From assembly GCA_963805625.1 (NCBI GenBank), contig CAWDVE010000010.1, forward strand, positions 576,001 through 640,000: DNA of 64,000 nucleotides, written 5' to 3'. Both the position numbers and the translations under genes were made by a program. Below the pieces are notes generated by a model. It searched no databases, had not been told where the DNA came from, and saw nothing but the letters and a program-made list of their open reading frames with translations. The stretch comes from an uncultured Candidatus Rokubacteria bacterium. GTDB taxonomy: Bacteria; Methylomirabilota; Methylomirabilia; Rokubacteriales; DASRDR01. Below, in pieces: positions 28,634 to 37,252 of the stretch (the stretch's first letter is position 1; every line of letters starts with the position of its first letter).

Positions 28634-29035
28634 CTAGCCCATGCCGCTGGCACGCACCGGCGCGATCTTGTAGATCACGCGGACCTCGCCGTGACGCCGG
28701 TGCGGGTACCGATCCTGGTCCAGGTACTTCTTGGCCAGGCTGTCGATGTGCGCGTCCCCTCCCTGCTCGGTGATCTCGACGACGTGGCCGAGCACCCCGA
28801 GATAGCGGTAGGGATTCCCGGGGTCGACGATCGACAGGGCCACGGCGGCGTTCCGCCGCATGTTGCGGTCCTTCACCCGCCCCTTGGCCGAGTTCACGCG
28901 AAAGAACTTCCCGTCGTAATCGAACCAGACCGGGGTGACCTGGGGCGCCCCGCTCGACATCACCGTCCCGAGATGAGCCAGCGCCTTGCTGTCGCCGCCC
29001 AGCAAGTCGCCGTACTTCTTCAGGTCCCCGCTCAT
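28634..29035 (-). CDS. PPOX-class (split beta-barrel) putative F420/flavin-dependent oxidoreductase
   Basis: GAPQVTPVWF, RVKDRNMRRN, IDSLAKKYL. Confidence 0.88.
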   Translation of the reverse strand: MSGDLKKYGDLLGGDSKALAHLGTVMSSGAPQVTPVWFDYDGKFFRVNSAKGRVKDRNMRRNAAVALSIVDPGNPYRYLGVLGHVVEITEQGGDAHIDSLAKKYLDQDRYPHRRHGEVRVIYKIAPVRASGMG

Positions 29036-29071
29036 GTCACGCTCCTTTCACCGCAGGCAGGTCATCGACGC

Positions 29072-30286
29072 TCAGGTCCCGGCCGCCCGCAGCGCCAAGT
29101 CCAGCGCTTCTTTGAGATCCTCGACGTCCTCGATCCCGACCGACAGCCGCACGAGACCCGGACCGATGCCGAGCTTGGACCGCTCGTCGTCGGAGAGCGG
29201 CCGGTGCGACGTCCGCGCCGGGTAGGTCCACGTCGTCGTGACGTCGCCGAAGCTCGGCGCAAAGGCGATCAGCGCCTCGCGCCCGGCGGCCGACCCTTCG
29301 GCCAGCCCGCCGAAGAGCCGATCGACCGCAGCGGCGCCCCCGACGAGATCGAAGGACAGCATGCCACCAAAGCCATCCGGAAGCAGCGTTCGCGCGAGCG
29401 CGTGCTGCGGATGGTCCGGCAACCCCGGATAGTGAACGCGCGCCACCTCGGTCCGCTTTCGGAGAAAACGTGCCAGCTCGAGGGCGTTGGCGGAGTGGCG
29501 CTCCATCCTCAGGGCGAGCGTTCGCACGCCGCGCAGCGTGAGCCACGCGTCGAAAGCCCCGAGGTTGAGCCCGATTCGCACGGCCTGGGACCGCGCTGCG
29601 TCCACGAGCGAGCGGGAGGCGACAAGGATGCCGGCGGTGACGTCACCGTGACCCGAGAGGTACTTGGTCGCACTGTGGTGCACAGCTGTGGCTCCGTGCT
29701 CCAGGGGCCGGAGGAGAGCGGGAGATGCGAAGGTGCTGTCCACCAGGAAGGCGATGCCCCGCCGCCGCGCGATCGACGCCAGGCCCGGAAGGTCGGCCAG
29801 CCGCAGCAGCGGGTTCGAGACCGCCTCGACGAAGATCGCCCGCGTCGCGTCCGTGAGAGCCGCCTCCACGGAGGCCGGCTCCGCTGCGTCCGCGAAGCTC
29901 ACGCCGATCCCCCAGCGCGCGGCCTGCTCCCGGAGGAGCGCGGTCGTCGCGCCGTAGAGATCTTGTCCCACCACGAGGTGCTCGCCTGCCCGGAGCCCGC
30001 CCAGCAGGAACGCGCTCAGCGCGGCCATCCCCGAGGCGACGACGAGCCCGGCTTCGCCACCCTCGAGAGCCGCCAGCGTGTCCTCGAGGATGGTGTGGTT
30101 CGGCGTCCCGAACCGCCCATAGACGTACCCTGCCTCGCGCCCCTCCCAGACGGCGTCGACCTGCGCGAGGTCCTCGAAGACGTACACGTTCGCCAGGTGG
30201 ATCCCGGGAACGAGCGGTCTCGACGCTGATTCCGGGGCTGGCGTCGCCCGAGCGGTCCTTGTCGCGAAGCGCAGCCGGGCCCTCAT
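29072..30286 (-). CDS. Cys/Met metabolism PLP-dependent enzyme (cystathionine gamma-synthase/lyase family)
   Basis: YGRFGTPN, SGMAAL, VDSTFASP, HSATKYLSGHGD, LVRLSVGIE. Confidence 0.92.
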   Translation of the reverse strand: MRARLRFATRTARATPAPESASRPLVPGIHLANVYVFEDLAQVDAVWEGREAGYVYGRFGTPNHTILEDTLAALEGGEAGLVVASGMAALSAFLLGGLRAGEHLVVGQDLYGATTALLREQAARWGIGVSFADAAEPASVEAALTDATRAIFVEAVSNPLLRLADLPGLASIARRRGIAFLVDSTFASPALLRPLEHGATAVHHSATKYLSGHGDVTAGILVASRSLVDAARSQAVRIGLNLGAFDAWLTLRGVRTLALRMERHSANALELARFLRKRTEVARVHYPGLPDHPQHALARTLLPDGFGGMLSFDLVGGAAAVDRLFGGLAEGSAAGREALIAFAPSFGDVTTTWTYPARTSHRPLSDDERSKLGIGPGLVRLSVGIEDVEDLKEALDLALRAAGT

Positions 30287-30381
30287 GGACGGATGCCGAC
30301 GCTGTCGAGGCGTCCATCCACGAGGCGCCGATACAGAACAAGTAGTTTTCGCCGGGACAGTCTATACTTGGCGCGCATCAT
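30283..30381 (-). CDS. Putative 32-aa upstream ORF/leader peptide
   Basis: MMRAKYRLSRRKLLVLYRRLVDGRLDSVGIRP*; GAGAGGGAG RBS; stop overlaps the next ATG (ATGA). Confidence 0.5.
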   Translation of the reverse strand: MMRAKYRLSRRKLLVLYRRLVDGRLDSVGIRP

Positions 30382-30582
30382 TGGAGACTCCCTCTCATCG
30401 CTCAGCGCCGATCGCGCGACGCGCACGTTGTCTCGCTCCGCTGTCACCGGCCCGATGAAAAACTTGGGCCCCCCCAGACACTAGCGTAGAGTAAGCCCGC
30501 TTCCGGGAACTTGCCCTCCGCTGGGGGCAGTGTTCACCGACGCGAGCGGTTCCCCGACTGACGAATCCGAGGCCCTGGCTCG

Positions 30583-31281
30583 ATGAGCATGATCGACGCG
30601 ATTCTCTTCGACATGGACGGCGTCCTCATGGACTCCGAGCCACTCCACCTCCGGGCGACCCAGTTCGCCCTCGGAGAGCAAGCCCGGTACACGGAGCGCG
30701 ACAACCAGTCGTTCTTCGGCGCAACCGATCCGGAGATGTTCCGGATCCTCCGGATCCTCTTCAACATCGACGCGTCAACTGATGAGCTGGTGCGCCGCAA
30801 GCACGAGCACCTGGTGTGCCTGATCCGGACCGAGGGCCGCGGGCTTCCCGGGGTGCCGGAGATCCCCCTCCGGTTCCGCGAAGCGGGACTCCGCCTCGGG
30901 CTGGTGTCCGCTTCGGCGCGGGCCGTGATCGACGCCATCCTCAAGGCCGTCGGGCTGAGCGGAGCGTTCGAGACGGTGGTCTCGGGCGACGAGGTGGCCC
31001 GCGGCAAGCCGGCTCCCGACGGGTACCTCATGGCCGCTCGCCGCCTCGCCATCGAGCCGGAGCGCTGCTTCGTCGTCGAGGACACCCGCAACGGAGTCCT
31101 CGCGGCCAAGGCGGCAGGGATGACCGTCGCCGCGGTGCCCGGGCCGGCGACGATCCACGAGGATTTCTCCCCTGCCGATCTCGTCCTCCCGAGCCTCGAG
31201 GCGCTCCCGAAGGTGCTGAACGGGAACGGAAACGGTCACGAACCACGAGGCATCACCCCGACACGGGAGCGATACGCATGA
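30583..31281 (+). CDS. HAD-superfamily phosphatase (beta-PGM/CbbY-like)
   Basis: FDMDGVL, GKPAPD, VVEDTRNG. Confidence 0.93.
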   Translation: MSMIDAILFDMDGVLMDSEPLHLRATQFALGEQARYTERDNQSFFGATDPEMFRILRILFNIDASTDELVRRKHEHLVCLIRTEGRGLPGVPEIPLRFREAGLRLGLVSASARAVIDAILKAVGLSGAFETVVSGDEVARGKPAPDGYLMAARRLAIEPERCFVVEDTRNGVLAAKAAGMTVAAVPGPATIHEDFSPADLVLPSLEALPKVLNGNGNGHEPRGITPTRERYA

Positions 31282-31478
31282 GTCTCGGAGAGCCGAACGT
31301 CAAGCGCGCCCTGGACTGGATCCTCGATCGCCTCACCGACGACCCACACGCCAAGCGAAGCGAGCTGATCGACGAGGCTTCCCGTCAGTTCGACCTCACG
31401 CCCCTCGAGGCGGACTTCCTGTACCGGCAGCTCAGCGAGACGCTGAAGCACAAGCCGTCGGCCCAGCCGCCTTCCTAG
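31278..31478 (+). CDS. Small hypothetical protein (66 aa)
   Basis: MSLGEPNVKRALDWI...IDEASRQFDLTPLEADFL; ATGA overlap with HAD gene, GGGAG RBS. Confidence 0.7.
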   Translation: MSLGEPNVKRALDWILDRLTDDPHAKRSELIDEASRQFDLTPLEADFLYRQLSETLKHKPSAQPPS

Positions 31479-31543
31479 CCGGACGCACTGCGGGTCGGAC
31501 CTCCCGGGAGCGGCCCGGGCCCTCACCGAGAGCTTCCTTCCCC

Positions 31544-31741
31544 CTACGAGCCCCGGTAGCGCTCCTTGAGCTCCCGCGGCGCGATGGCGATTCGCTTTCC
31601 CGAGACGTCGTCCAGGACGTAGACCTCGTCGGTCAGCGCGCCGCTCCCGAAGACCTCGAAGACGTCCAGGACCACCTCCAGCGTCGTCCCGTCGGGCTTA
31701 CCTGCCATCATCGCCTCTACCTCGGCGACCGCGAGTCGCAT
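31544..31741 (-). CDS. Small hypothetical protein (65 aa)
   Basis: GAGAGGAGG RBS, normal codon usage, follows membrane protein gene. Confidence 0.7.
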   Translation of the reverse strand: MRLAVAEVEAMMAGKPDGTTLEVVLDVFEVFGSGALTDEVYVLDDVSGKRIAIAPRELKERYRGS

Positions 31742-31756
31742 CCGGCCAGCCTCCTC

Positions 31757-33178
31757 TCATCCACCCTCGGCCCCGGTCGGGCGCGAGCGGCGCACCAGGA
31801 CGAGCGCGAGCGCAGCCAGCCCGGTAGCCACCACAACGGTAGCCGGGTTCGGCCGGTAGAGGTACCCCTGCATCCACGCGAAGGCCGGGTTCCGCAGGAG
31901 AAGGGTCCTCGGCACGAGCTCGAGCCGAAGCGGCCCGGTCTCCTCGCCGGCCGGCTCCCAGCTCTCGCCGTCCGGATCGGGCGTGATCGATCCGGGTTGG
32001 CTCGTGAAGTAGAGGGCGTACCGCGGCACCACGACCCGAGCCAAGCGAGGCGGTCGGAGCTGCACGGCGAGCGGTATCTCGATCCCCGCCCGTCCATCGA
32101 GAGCGACCGTGATCAGGACATCGTCGCCAGTCGCGGCCGGTCCGACCTCGAGCTGCTCGAACGCGAGCGGGCGGAAGGTCGCGTGGACCGGGCGTCGAGC
32201 CGCGACCTCGGCCCATGCTCGGAAAAGCGTCACGCTCCGCGGAGCCGGCTCGAGCTCGAGCGATGCCCCGGGTGGAACCGGGCGCGCGGCCTCGCCCCCC
32301 GCCGCGTAGGCGAGGCTGACGGGCGCGCCGGATGGCGCCGCGCCGCGAAATGCGCGCAGCTCGACGCGGAGCAGCCGGACCCCGGGCGCACCGGTCACCG
32401 CGTAGCGCACCTCCCGCCGAAGCTCCGTCCGGCTGTCGTCGTAGCGCGCGGTGGCGGTCGTGGCCGCCATCGGCACCCCGCCTCCCAGGACGCGTACCAG
32501 TGCTTCGACGGCGGCGCTGGCGGCCGCGAGATCCTCCCGTACGGGGCGGAGCGACACGTGGGCCATGGCGGCGGGATCGGCCGCCCGCAGGACGGAAGCC
32601 GCCTCGCTCCCGTCTCTGGCAGTCCCGAGCCGCCGGTCCAGCTCGACCAGGTAGGCCGAAACGGCCGCGCGCCGAGCCTCGAGGTCGCGGAATTCCGCGG
32701 CGGCCAGGGTGCGGGCCAGCCGCCGCGTAGCCGCCTCCACGGCCGCCGCCTCGCGCGGCGCGTCGCCGCGCAGCGGGTTGAGCCGCCGCGAGAGCGCGAT
32801 CATGGCTCCGGCGCGCTGCTCGAGCTCCGATCCGGTCAGGCGGAGCTCGTCCCGCGTGAGCTCGGCGAGCCGGGCTCGGGCGGCCAGCAGGTGTGGATCT
32901 CCCGTGACGGTCGAGAACGTCAGGCGCGGCTCACCCCATACCGGGACCCAGCCCCTCTCGTACGAGACGGGGATCGGGGGCGCGAACCACCCGAGCCGGC
33001 CACCCCAGACCAGCAGAGCCGCGCTCGCCAGGAGCACGAGTACCGCGGCCATGCGCAGCCGGCGCCGCAGGAGCAGCACGGCCACGAGCGCCACCACCCA
33101 GAGCACCCCAAGGGCCAGATCCAGGGCGCTCGCGGTCAGCACGAGGCCCAGGAGGGCCGCGACGGCGACCGTCCTCAC
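31757..33178 (-). CDS. Hypothetical membrane protein
   Basis: N-terminal TM helices, helical then beta-rich region, C-terminal TM; GTG overlaps Smr stop. Confidence 0.7.
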   Translation of the reverse strand: MRTVAVAALLGLVLTASALDLALGVLWVVALVAVLLLRRRLRMAAVLVLLASAALLVWGGRLGWFAPPIPVSYERGWVPVWGEPRLTFSTVTGDPHLLAARARLAELTRDELRLTGSELEQRAGAMIALSRRLNPLRGDAPREAAAVEAATRRLARTLAAAEFRDLEARRAAVSAYLVELDRRLGTARDGSEAASVLRAADPAAMAHVSLRPVREDLAAASAAVEALVRVLGGGVPMAATTATARYDDSRTELRREVRYAVTGAPGVRLLRVELRAFRGAAPSGAPVSLAYAAGGEAARPVPPGASLELEPAPRSVTLFRAWAEVAARRPVHATFRPLAFEQLEVGPAATGDDVLITVALDGRAGIEIPLAVQLRPPRLARVVVPRYALYFTSQPGSITPDPDGESWEPAGEETGPLRLELVPRTLLLRNPAFAWMQGYLYRPNPATVVVATGLAALALVLVRRSRPTGAEGG

Positions 33179-33792
33179 GCCGACGGTGCGTCCTCCGCTC
33201 GGCGGAGACGAACGACGGTCGCCCCCCACCCGCCCCGCGTTGGTGGTGCGTCGGCGAACCCCGCCACACCGGGGGCCTCGGCGAGGAGGCGCCGGATGAT
33301 CGCCCGCTGGACGCCCCGGCCCCGGCCGTGAACGATCCGCACCTCGCCGACGCCGGCCCGGCGGGCCTCGTCGAGATAGTCGCTCACCACCCTCGACGTC
33401 TCCTCCGGCCGGAAGGTGTGGAGATCGAGGACGTCCGTCAGCGGAAGAGCGACTGCCACGAGAGCGACGCCGTCCCCTGGCTCGACCGAGCCGGCTTCGA
33501 GCACATCGGCCGGGACGGCGCCGCTCGCACTGGCCTCCAGCAGCCCACCAGGCGTGCCCTCCGAAGAAACGCGTGGCTCACCCGCCGCGTCTGGCGCGAG
33601 CAGCTCGACGATCGCGGTCTCGCCAATTCGCAGCCGCGTTCCGACGGGCAGGTCCGCGATGGGCAGCCCGTCGATCACGATGAACCCCGCCAGCCGGCCA
33701 CGCTCGAGCCGATGGGCACCCGTGGTTTCGAGACCGCGCCCCCCGATCCTCACAGCGACGACGCGGCCGGCCGGCGGGGTCGCATCCAGCAC
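33175..33792 (-). CDS. Smr/MutS2-domain protein with N-terminal degenerate MOSC-like domain
   Basis: LDLHTF, VRIVHGRGRGVQR, GGWGATVVRL; N-term LPVGTRLRIGETAIVEL...VLEAGSVEPGD. Confidence 0.8.
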   Translation of the reverse strand: MLDATPPAGRVVAVRIGGRGLETTGAHRLERGRLAGFIVIDGLPIADLPVGTRLRIGETAIVELLAPDAAGEPRVSSEGTPGGLLEASASGAVPADVLEAGSVEPGDGVALVAVALPLTDVLDLHTFRPEETSRVVSDYLDEARRAGVGEVRIVHGRGRGVQRAIIRRLLAEAPGVAGFADAPPTRGGWGATVVRLRRAEDAPSA

Positions 33793-34269
33793 GGTCCTAC
33801 TATACCGTTCGCCTCGCCGGCCCTTCGCAGTCACGGCGATCGCCCCGTGTCGAGGTCCACCCCGCGATGACCTGCGCGACTTCCCTCTGCGCGCGCTCCC
33901 GAGCCACATCGCGGATGCGACGGGGTTACGGCGCGCTGTGGCGACGAACCCTCGGGCCCGAAGAGTTCCGACAGGCTGGGCGTGGCCCGCGCTCGTGTTC
34001 ACCAGACATCCCCGGTTCCCCTCCATTCCGACCCCCGTGCACTCGCCCGGGGACTGGCCGCGGGCCTGGAGACCAGCGCCCCGGCAAGCAAACCCCGTCG
34101 ATGACGACGGTGGTCGGCCTGTTCGTGGTCGGCCTCCTCCTCCCGCTCGCGCGGGACCTCGGGTCGCTTGCCGGTGAGAGAGAGCCGTGCCTCTTCCCGA
34201 CCCTACCAAGGTCGAGTCCCCGACACCAGCCGGGACGGGATTCCAACGACCTTGGTCTAGAATGGCGGC

Positions 34270-36123
34270 GTGGCCACCGTCTCCGTGACGTTTCTGCCGG
34301 TTCGCCGGACGGTCGCCGTCGAGCCCGGCACCGTCCTGCTCCGCGCGGCGCACGCCCAGGGAGTGGACGTCACGGCCACCTGCGGCGGGCGCGGCCGATG
34401 CACGTCCTGTCGGGTGAAGGTCGTCGAGGGCGTGGCCCCACCCGGCACGATCGGCGACCAGCTTCAGCTCGGCAACGACCTGGTGCGTGAGGGATACCGC
34501 CTCTCCTGCCAGCTGGTGCCGATGGAGCCGCTCGTCGTCCAGGTCGCGCCACCCCTCGACGAGCGCGCGTTCCAGATCCTGGGCGTCGAGCCGGGTGCGG
34601 TCGTCCGAGCGCAGGTGGCCATGGACGCCGGGATCCGCAAGAAGGTGGTCCGGGTCGAGCTGCCGCAGGAGGAGCACCACCAGACCTCGGATCTGGAGCA
34701 GCTCGCGCTGGCGGCCGGCCTCGCGCCCGAGGACGTCCCCCTCGACGTGATCCGCACGCTCCCGGCCACGCTCCGCGAGGGCAAGGGCGAGGTGACGGTC
34801 GTAACGTTCCTGGGCGCGCCCCTCGGCGTCGAGCGCGGCGACACGACCGCGATGGCGTTCGGGGTCGCGATCGACGTCGGCACGACGAGCGTGGTCACCA
34901 CGCTCCTCGAGCTCGCCTCGGGCGAGGTGATGGCCTCGGTCTCGAGCCTGAACCCCCAGGCGACGTTCGGTGGCGACCTGATGTCCCGGATCGCCTTCGC
35001 CCAGTGGAACCCGTCGAATCTGCGGAAGCTCCAGAGTCGCATCATCGGGCTCCTGAACCAGCAGGTCGACGAGCTCCTGGGACGCACCGGCGTGCTGCCC
35101 CAGTGGATCTACAAGGTGACCGTCGTCGGCAACACGTGCATGCATCACGTGCTGCTGGGCATCGATCCCACGTACGTGGGCCTGTCGCCCTATTCAGCCG
35201 TCGTCCGGCATCCGCTCGTGCTGCCGGCGCGGACCCTCCATCTCAAGGTGAACCCCGAGGCGCGCGTCTGCTTCCTGCCCATCGTGGCCGGATTCGTCGG
35301 CGCGGACGCCGTGGGCGCGGTCCTCGCCACCCGCCTCGACGAGAGCGTCAGCGTGCGTGCCGTTGTCGACATCGGGACCAACGGGGAGGTGGTGATGGGA
35401 ACGCGGGAGCGGCTGATGGCGTGCTCCGCCCCGGCAGGCCCGGCGCTCGAGGGCGCGCAGATCCGTCACGGGATGCGGGGAGCCGTCGGGGCCATCGACC
35501 GGGTCTGGGTCGAGGACGGGGACCTGCGCTTCCACGTGATCGGCGATGGTGCGCCCCAGGGCATCTGCGGCTCGGGGCTCATCGACGCGGTCGCGGCCGC
35601 GCTCGACATCGGTCTGGTCGACTGGACCGGGCTCATCCAGATCGAGCGGCGCGACCGTTTCCCCGCGGCGCTGGCGGCACGGCTCGCCGAGCGCGGCGAG
35701 GAGCGCCTTCTGATCCTCGCGCCCCCGGGGAAGGCCGCAGGCGGCGGGGAGATCGTCCTGACGCAGGACGACGTTCGACAGCTCCAGCTCGCCAAGGGCG
35801 CGATCGGCGGCGGGATCAGGATGCTCCAGCACGTCCTGGGGGCCCCGGACGAGGCCCTCACGGACCTGATGCTGGCGGGCGGGTTCGGCAACTACCTCTC
35901 GATCCGGAGCGCCGTGCGGATCGGACTGATTCCTCCGCTGGCGCTCGATCGCATCCGCTACGTGGGCAACGCCGCCGCGCTGGGGGCCCAGCTCGCGCTC
36001 GTTTCCGAGGTGGAGCGCGCCCGCGCGGGGCGGCTCGCCCGCTCGATCGAGCACCTGTCGCTCGCGACCCACCCCGACTTCCAGGACCTGTTCGTGGACG
36101 CCATGAACTTCCCGAAGGCGTGA
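34270..36123 (+). CDS. ASKHA-domain reductive activator of corrinoid proteins (DUF4445/RACE) with N-terminal [2Fe-2S]
   Basis: CGGRGRCTSC...RLSCQ, DVGTT, NPQATFGGDLMSRI, DIGTNGE, AGPALEG, GICGSG, QLAKGAI. Confidence 0.93.
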   Translation: MATVSVTFLPVRRTVAVEPGTVLLRAAHAQGVDVTATCGGRGRCTSCRVKVVEGVAPPGTIGDQLQLGNDLVREGYRLSCQLVPMEPLVVQVAPPLDERAFQILGVEPGAVVRAQVAMDAGIRKKVVRVELPQEEHHQTSDLEQLALAAGLAPEDVPLDVIRTLPATLREGKGEVTVVTFLGAPLGVERGDTTAMAFGVAIDVGTTSVVTTLLELASGEVMASVSSLNPQATFGGDLMSRIAFAQWNPSNLRKLQSRIIGLLNQQVDELLGRTGVLPQWIYKVTVVGNTCMHHVLLGIDPTYVGLSPYSAVVRHPLVLPARTLHLKVNPEARVCFLPIVAGFVGADAVGAVLATRLDESVSVRAVVDIGTNGEVVMGTRERLMACSAPAGPALEGAQIRHGMRGAVGAIDRVWVEDGDLRFHVIGDGAPQGICGSGLIDAVAAALDIGLVDWTGLIQIERRDRFPAALAARLAERGEERLLILAPPGKAAGGGEIVLTQDDVRQLQLAKGAIGGGIRMLQHVLGAPDEALTDLMLAGGFGNYLSIRSAVRIGLIPPLALDRIRYVGNAAALGAQLALVSEVERARAGRLARSIEHLSLATHPDFQDLFVDAMNFPKA

Positions 36124-36153
36124 GACCGCTCCGGCGCGCCAGCGGCACGCGGG

Positions 36154-37224
36154 TCAGCGGCCCACGTTGAAGCGGAAGTGGCAGACCTCGCCATCCTGGA
36201 CGGGATAGTCCTTGCCCTCGAGCCGGAGGAGGGCGCGCTTCCGGGCCTCGGCCAGTGATCCGACCTCGAGCAGCTCCGCCCACCCGATGACCTCCGCCCG
36301 GATGAAGCCGCGCGCGATGTCGGAGTGGATCGCCCCCGCGGCCTCGACGGCCGCCGCGCCGGCCGGAATCGTCCAGGCGCGTACCTCGTCCTCTCCCACC
36401 GTGAAGAAGCTGGCCAGGCCGAGGAGCGTGTAGGCGTCACGAATCACGCGGTGAAGCGCCGGCTCGGGCAGCCCCAGCGCGTCGAGGAAGCTCCGCTGCT
36501 CCTCGGGAGCGAGGGCGGCGACCTCGCCCTCGACCGCCGCCGAGACCCAGCCGACGAGAGTTCCGGGGCGCTTGCCCATCTCGTCCAGCTCGGACAGCGC
36601 CTTCGCGCGCCCGGCCACGCCGTCTTCGGCGAGGTTCAGGCAGTGGAGGATCGGCTTGAGCGACAGGAACTGAAACCCCCGGAGGAGCCGCCCTTCCTCC
36701 GCCGTCAGCTCCTGCGCGCGAAGTGGCACGCCCTCCTCGAGCGGTCGCTGCACCCGCACGAGGAGCGCGTGCTCGCGCTGCTCGGCATCGGTCGGCTTTC
36801 GCTTGAGCCCCGGGCCGAGCTTCTGGATCCGGCGCTCGACGACATCCAGGTCGGCGAGGATCAGCTCTTCTTCGAGCGCCTGGACCTCGCGCGCGGGCGA
36901 AGGCGCCGCGCCGAGTGCGGGCGACGGGAACGCTCTGACCACGTGCAGGAGCGCGTCGGCCTGCCGCAGCTCGCCCACGTCCAGGCTCGCGCGCTCCCCG
37001 CGATCGAAGCCCGCGAGATCCACCACCTCGACGCTCGCGTAGACCGTCTTTCGCGGCTGGAACAGCACCGCGAGCCGCGTCACGCGGTCGTCGGGGACGC
37101 GCACGACACCGACGTTGAGCCGCCCGCGGCCCGGCGGCAGGGCGACGCTCGCCTCCGCTCCGGTGAGGAGGTTGAACAGCGTGGTCTTTCCGCTGCCAGG
37201 GAATCCGATGATGCCGAGTCTCAC
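36154..37224 (-). CDS. ychF: Ribosome-binding ATPase YchF
   Basis: GFPGSGKTT, DLAG, FFTVGEDEVRAW, AGAIHSD, EGKDYPVQDG, FRFNV. Confidence 0.93.
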   Translation of the reverse strand: MRLGIIGFPGSGKTTLFNLLTGAEASVALPPGRGRLNVGVVRVPDDRVTRLAVLFQPRKTVYASVEVVDLAGFDRGERASLDVGELRQADALLHVVRAFPSPALGAAPSPAREVQALEEELILADLDVVERRIQKLGPGLKRKPTDAEQREHALLVRVQRPLEEGVPLRAQELTAEEGRLLRGFQFLSLKPILHCLNLAEDGVAGRAKALSELDEMGKRPGTLVGWVSAAVEGEVAALAPEEQRSFLDALGLPEPALHRVIRDAYTLLGLASFFTVGEDEVRAWTIPAGAAAVEAAGAIHSDIARGFIRAEVIGWAELLEVGSLAEARKRALLRLEGKDYPVQDGEVCHFRFNVGR

Positions 37225-37232
37225 GACGACCG

Positions 37233-37242
37233 AGTGTACACT
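37233..37242. promoter_or_regulatory. Palindromic bidirectional -10 element
   Basis: AGTGTACACT reads TACACT on both strands within a 28-bp divergent gap. Confidence 0.65.
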
Positions 37243-37252
37243 GCCTTGGCTC

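Noticed and set aside
30449-30470. GGCCCGATGAA resembling part of a SAM-I riboswitch near the Cys/Met gene
   Set aside because: Wrong strand for that gene; lacks AUCnAGAG, GCAAC and P1 elements; explained as a short GGCCC/GGGCC hairpin
33810-34200. Cobalamin riboswitch upstream of the RACE gene (GCCTGGAGACCAGC resembles a B12 box)
   Set aside because: No GGGAA, GCCACTG or GGGAAG core elements, and the gene appears leaderless; an Rfam scan would settle it
33175-35148. 657-aa ORF containing the Smr domain
   Set aside because: The upstream ~450 codons are antisense to the RACE gene and intergenic DNA; only 33175-33792 is supported
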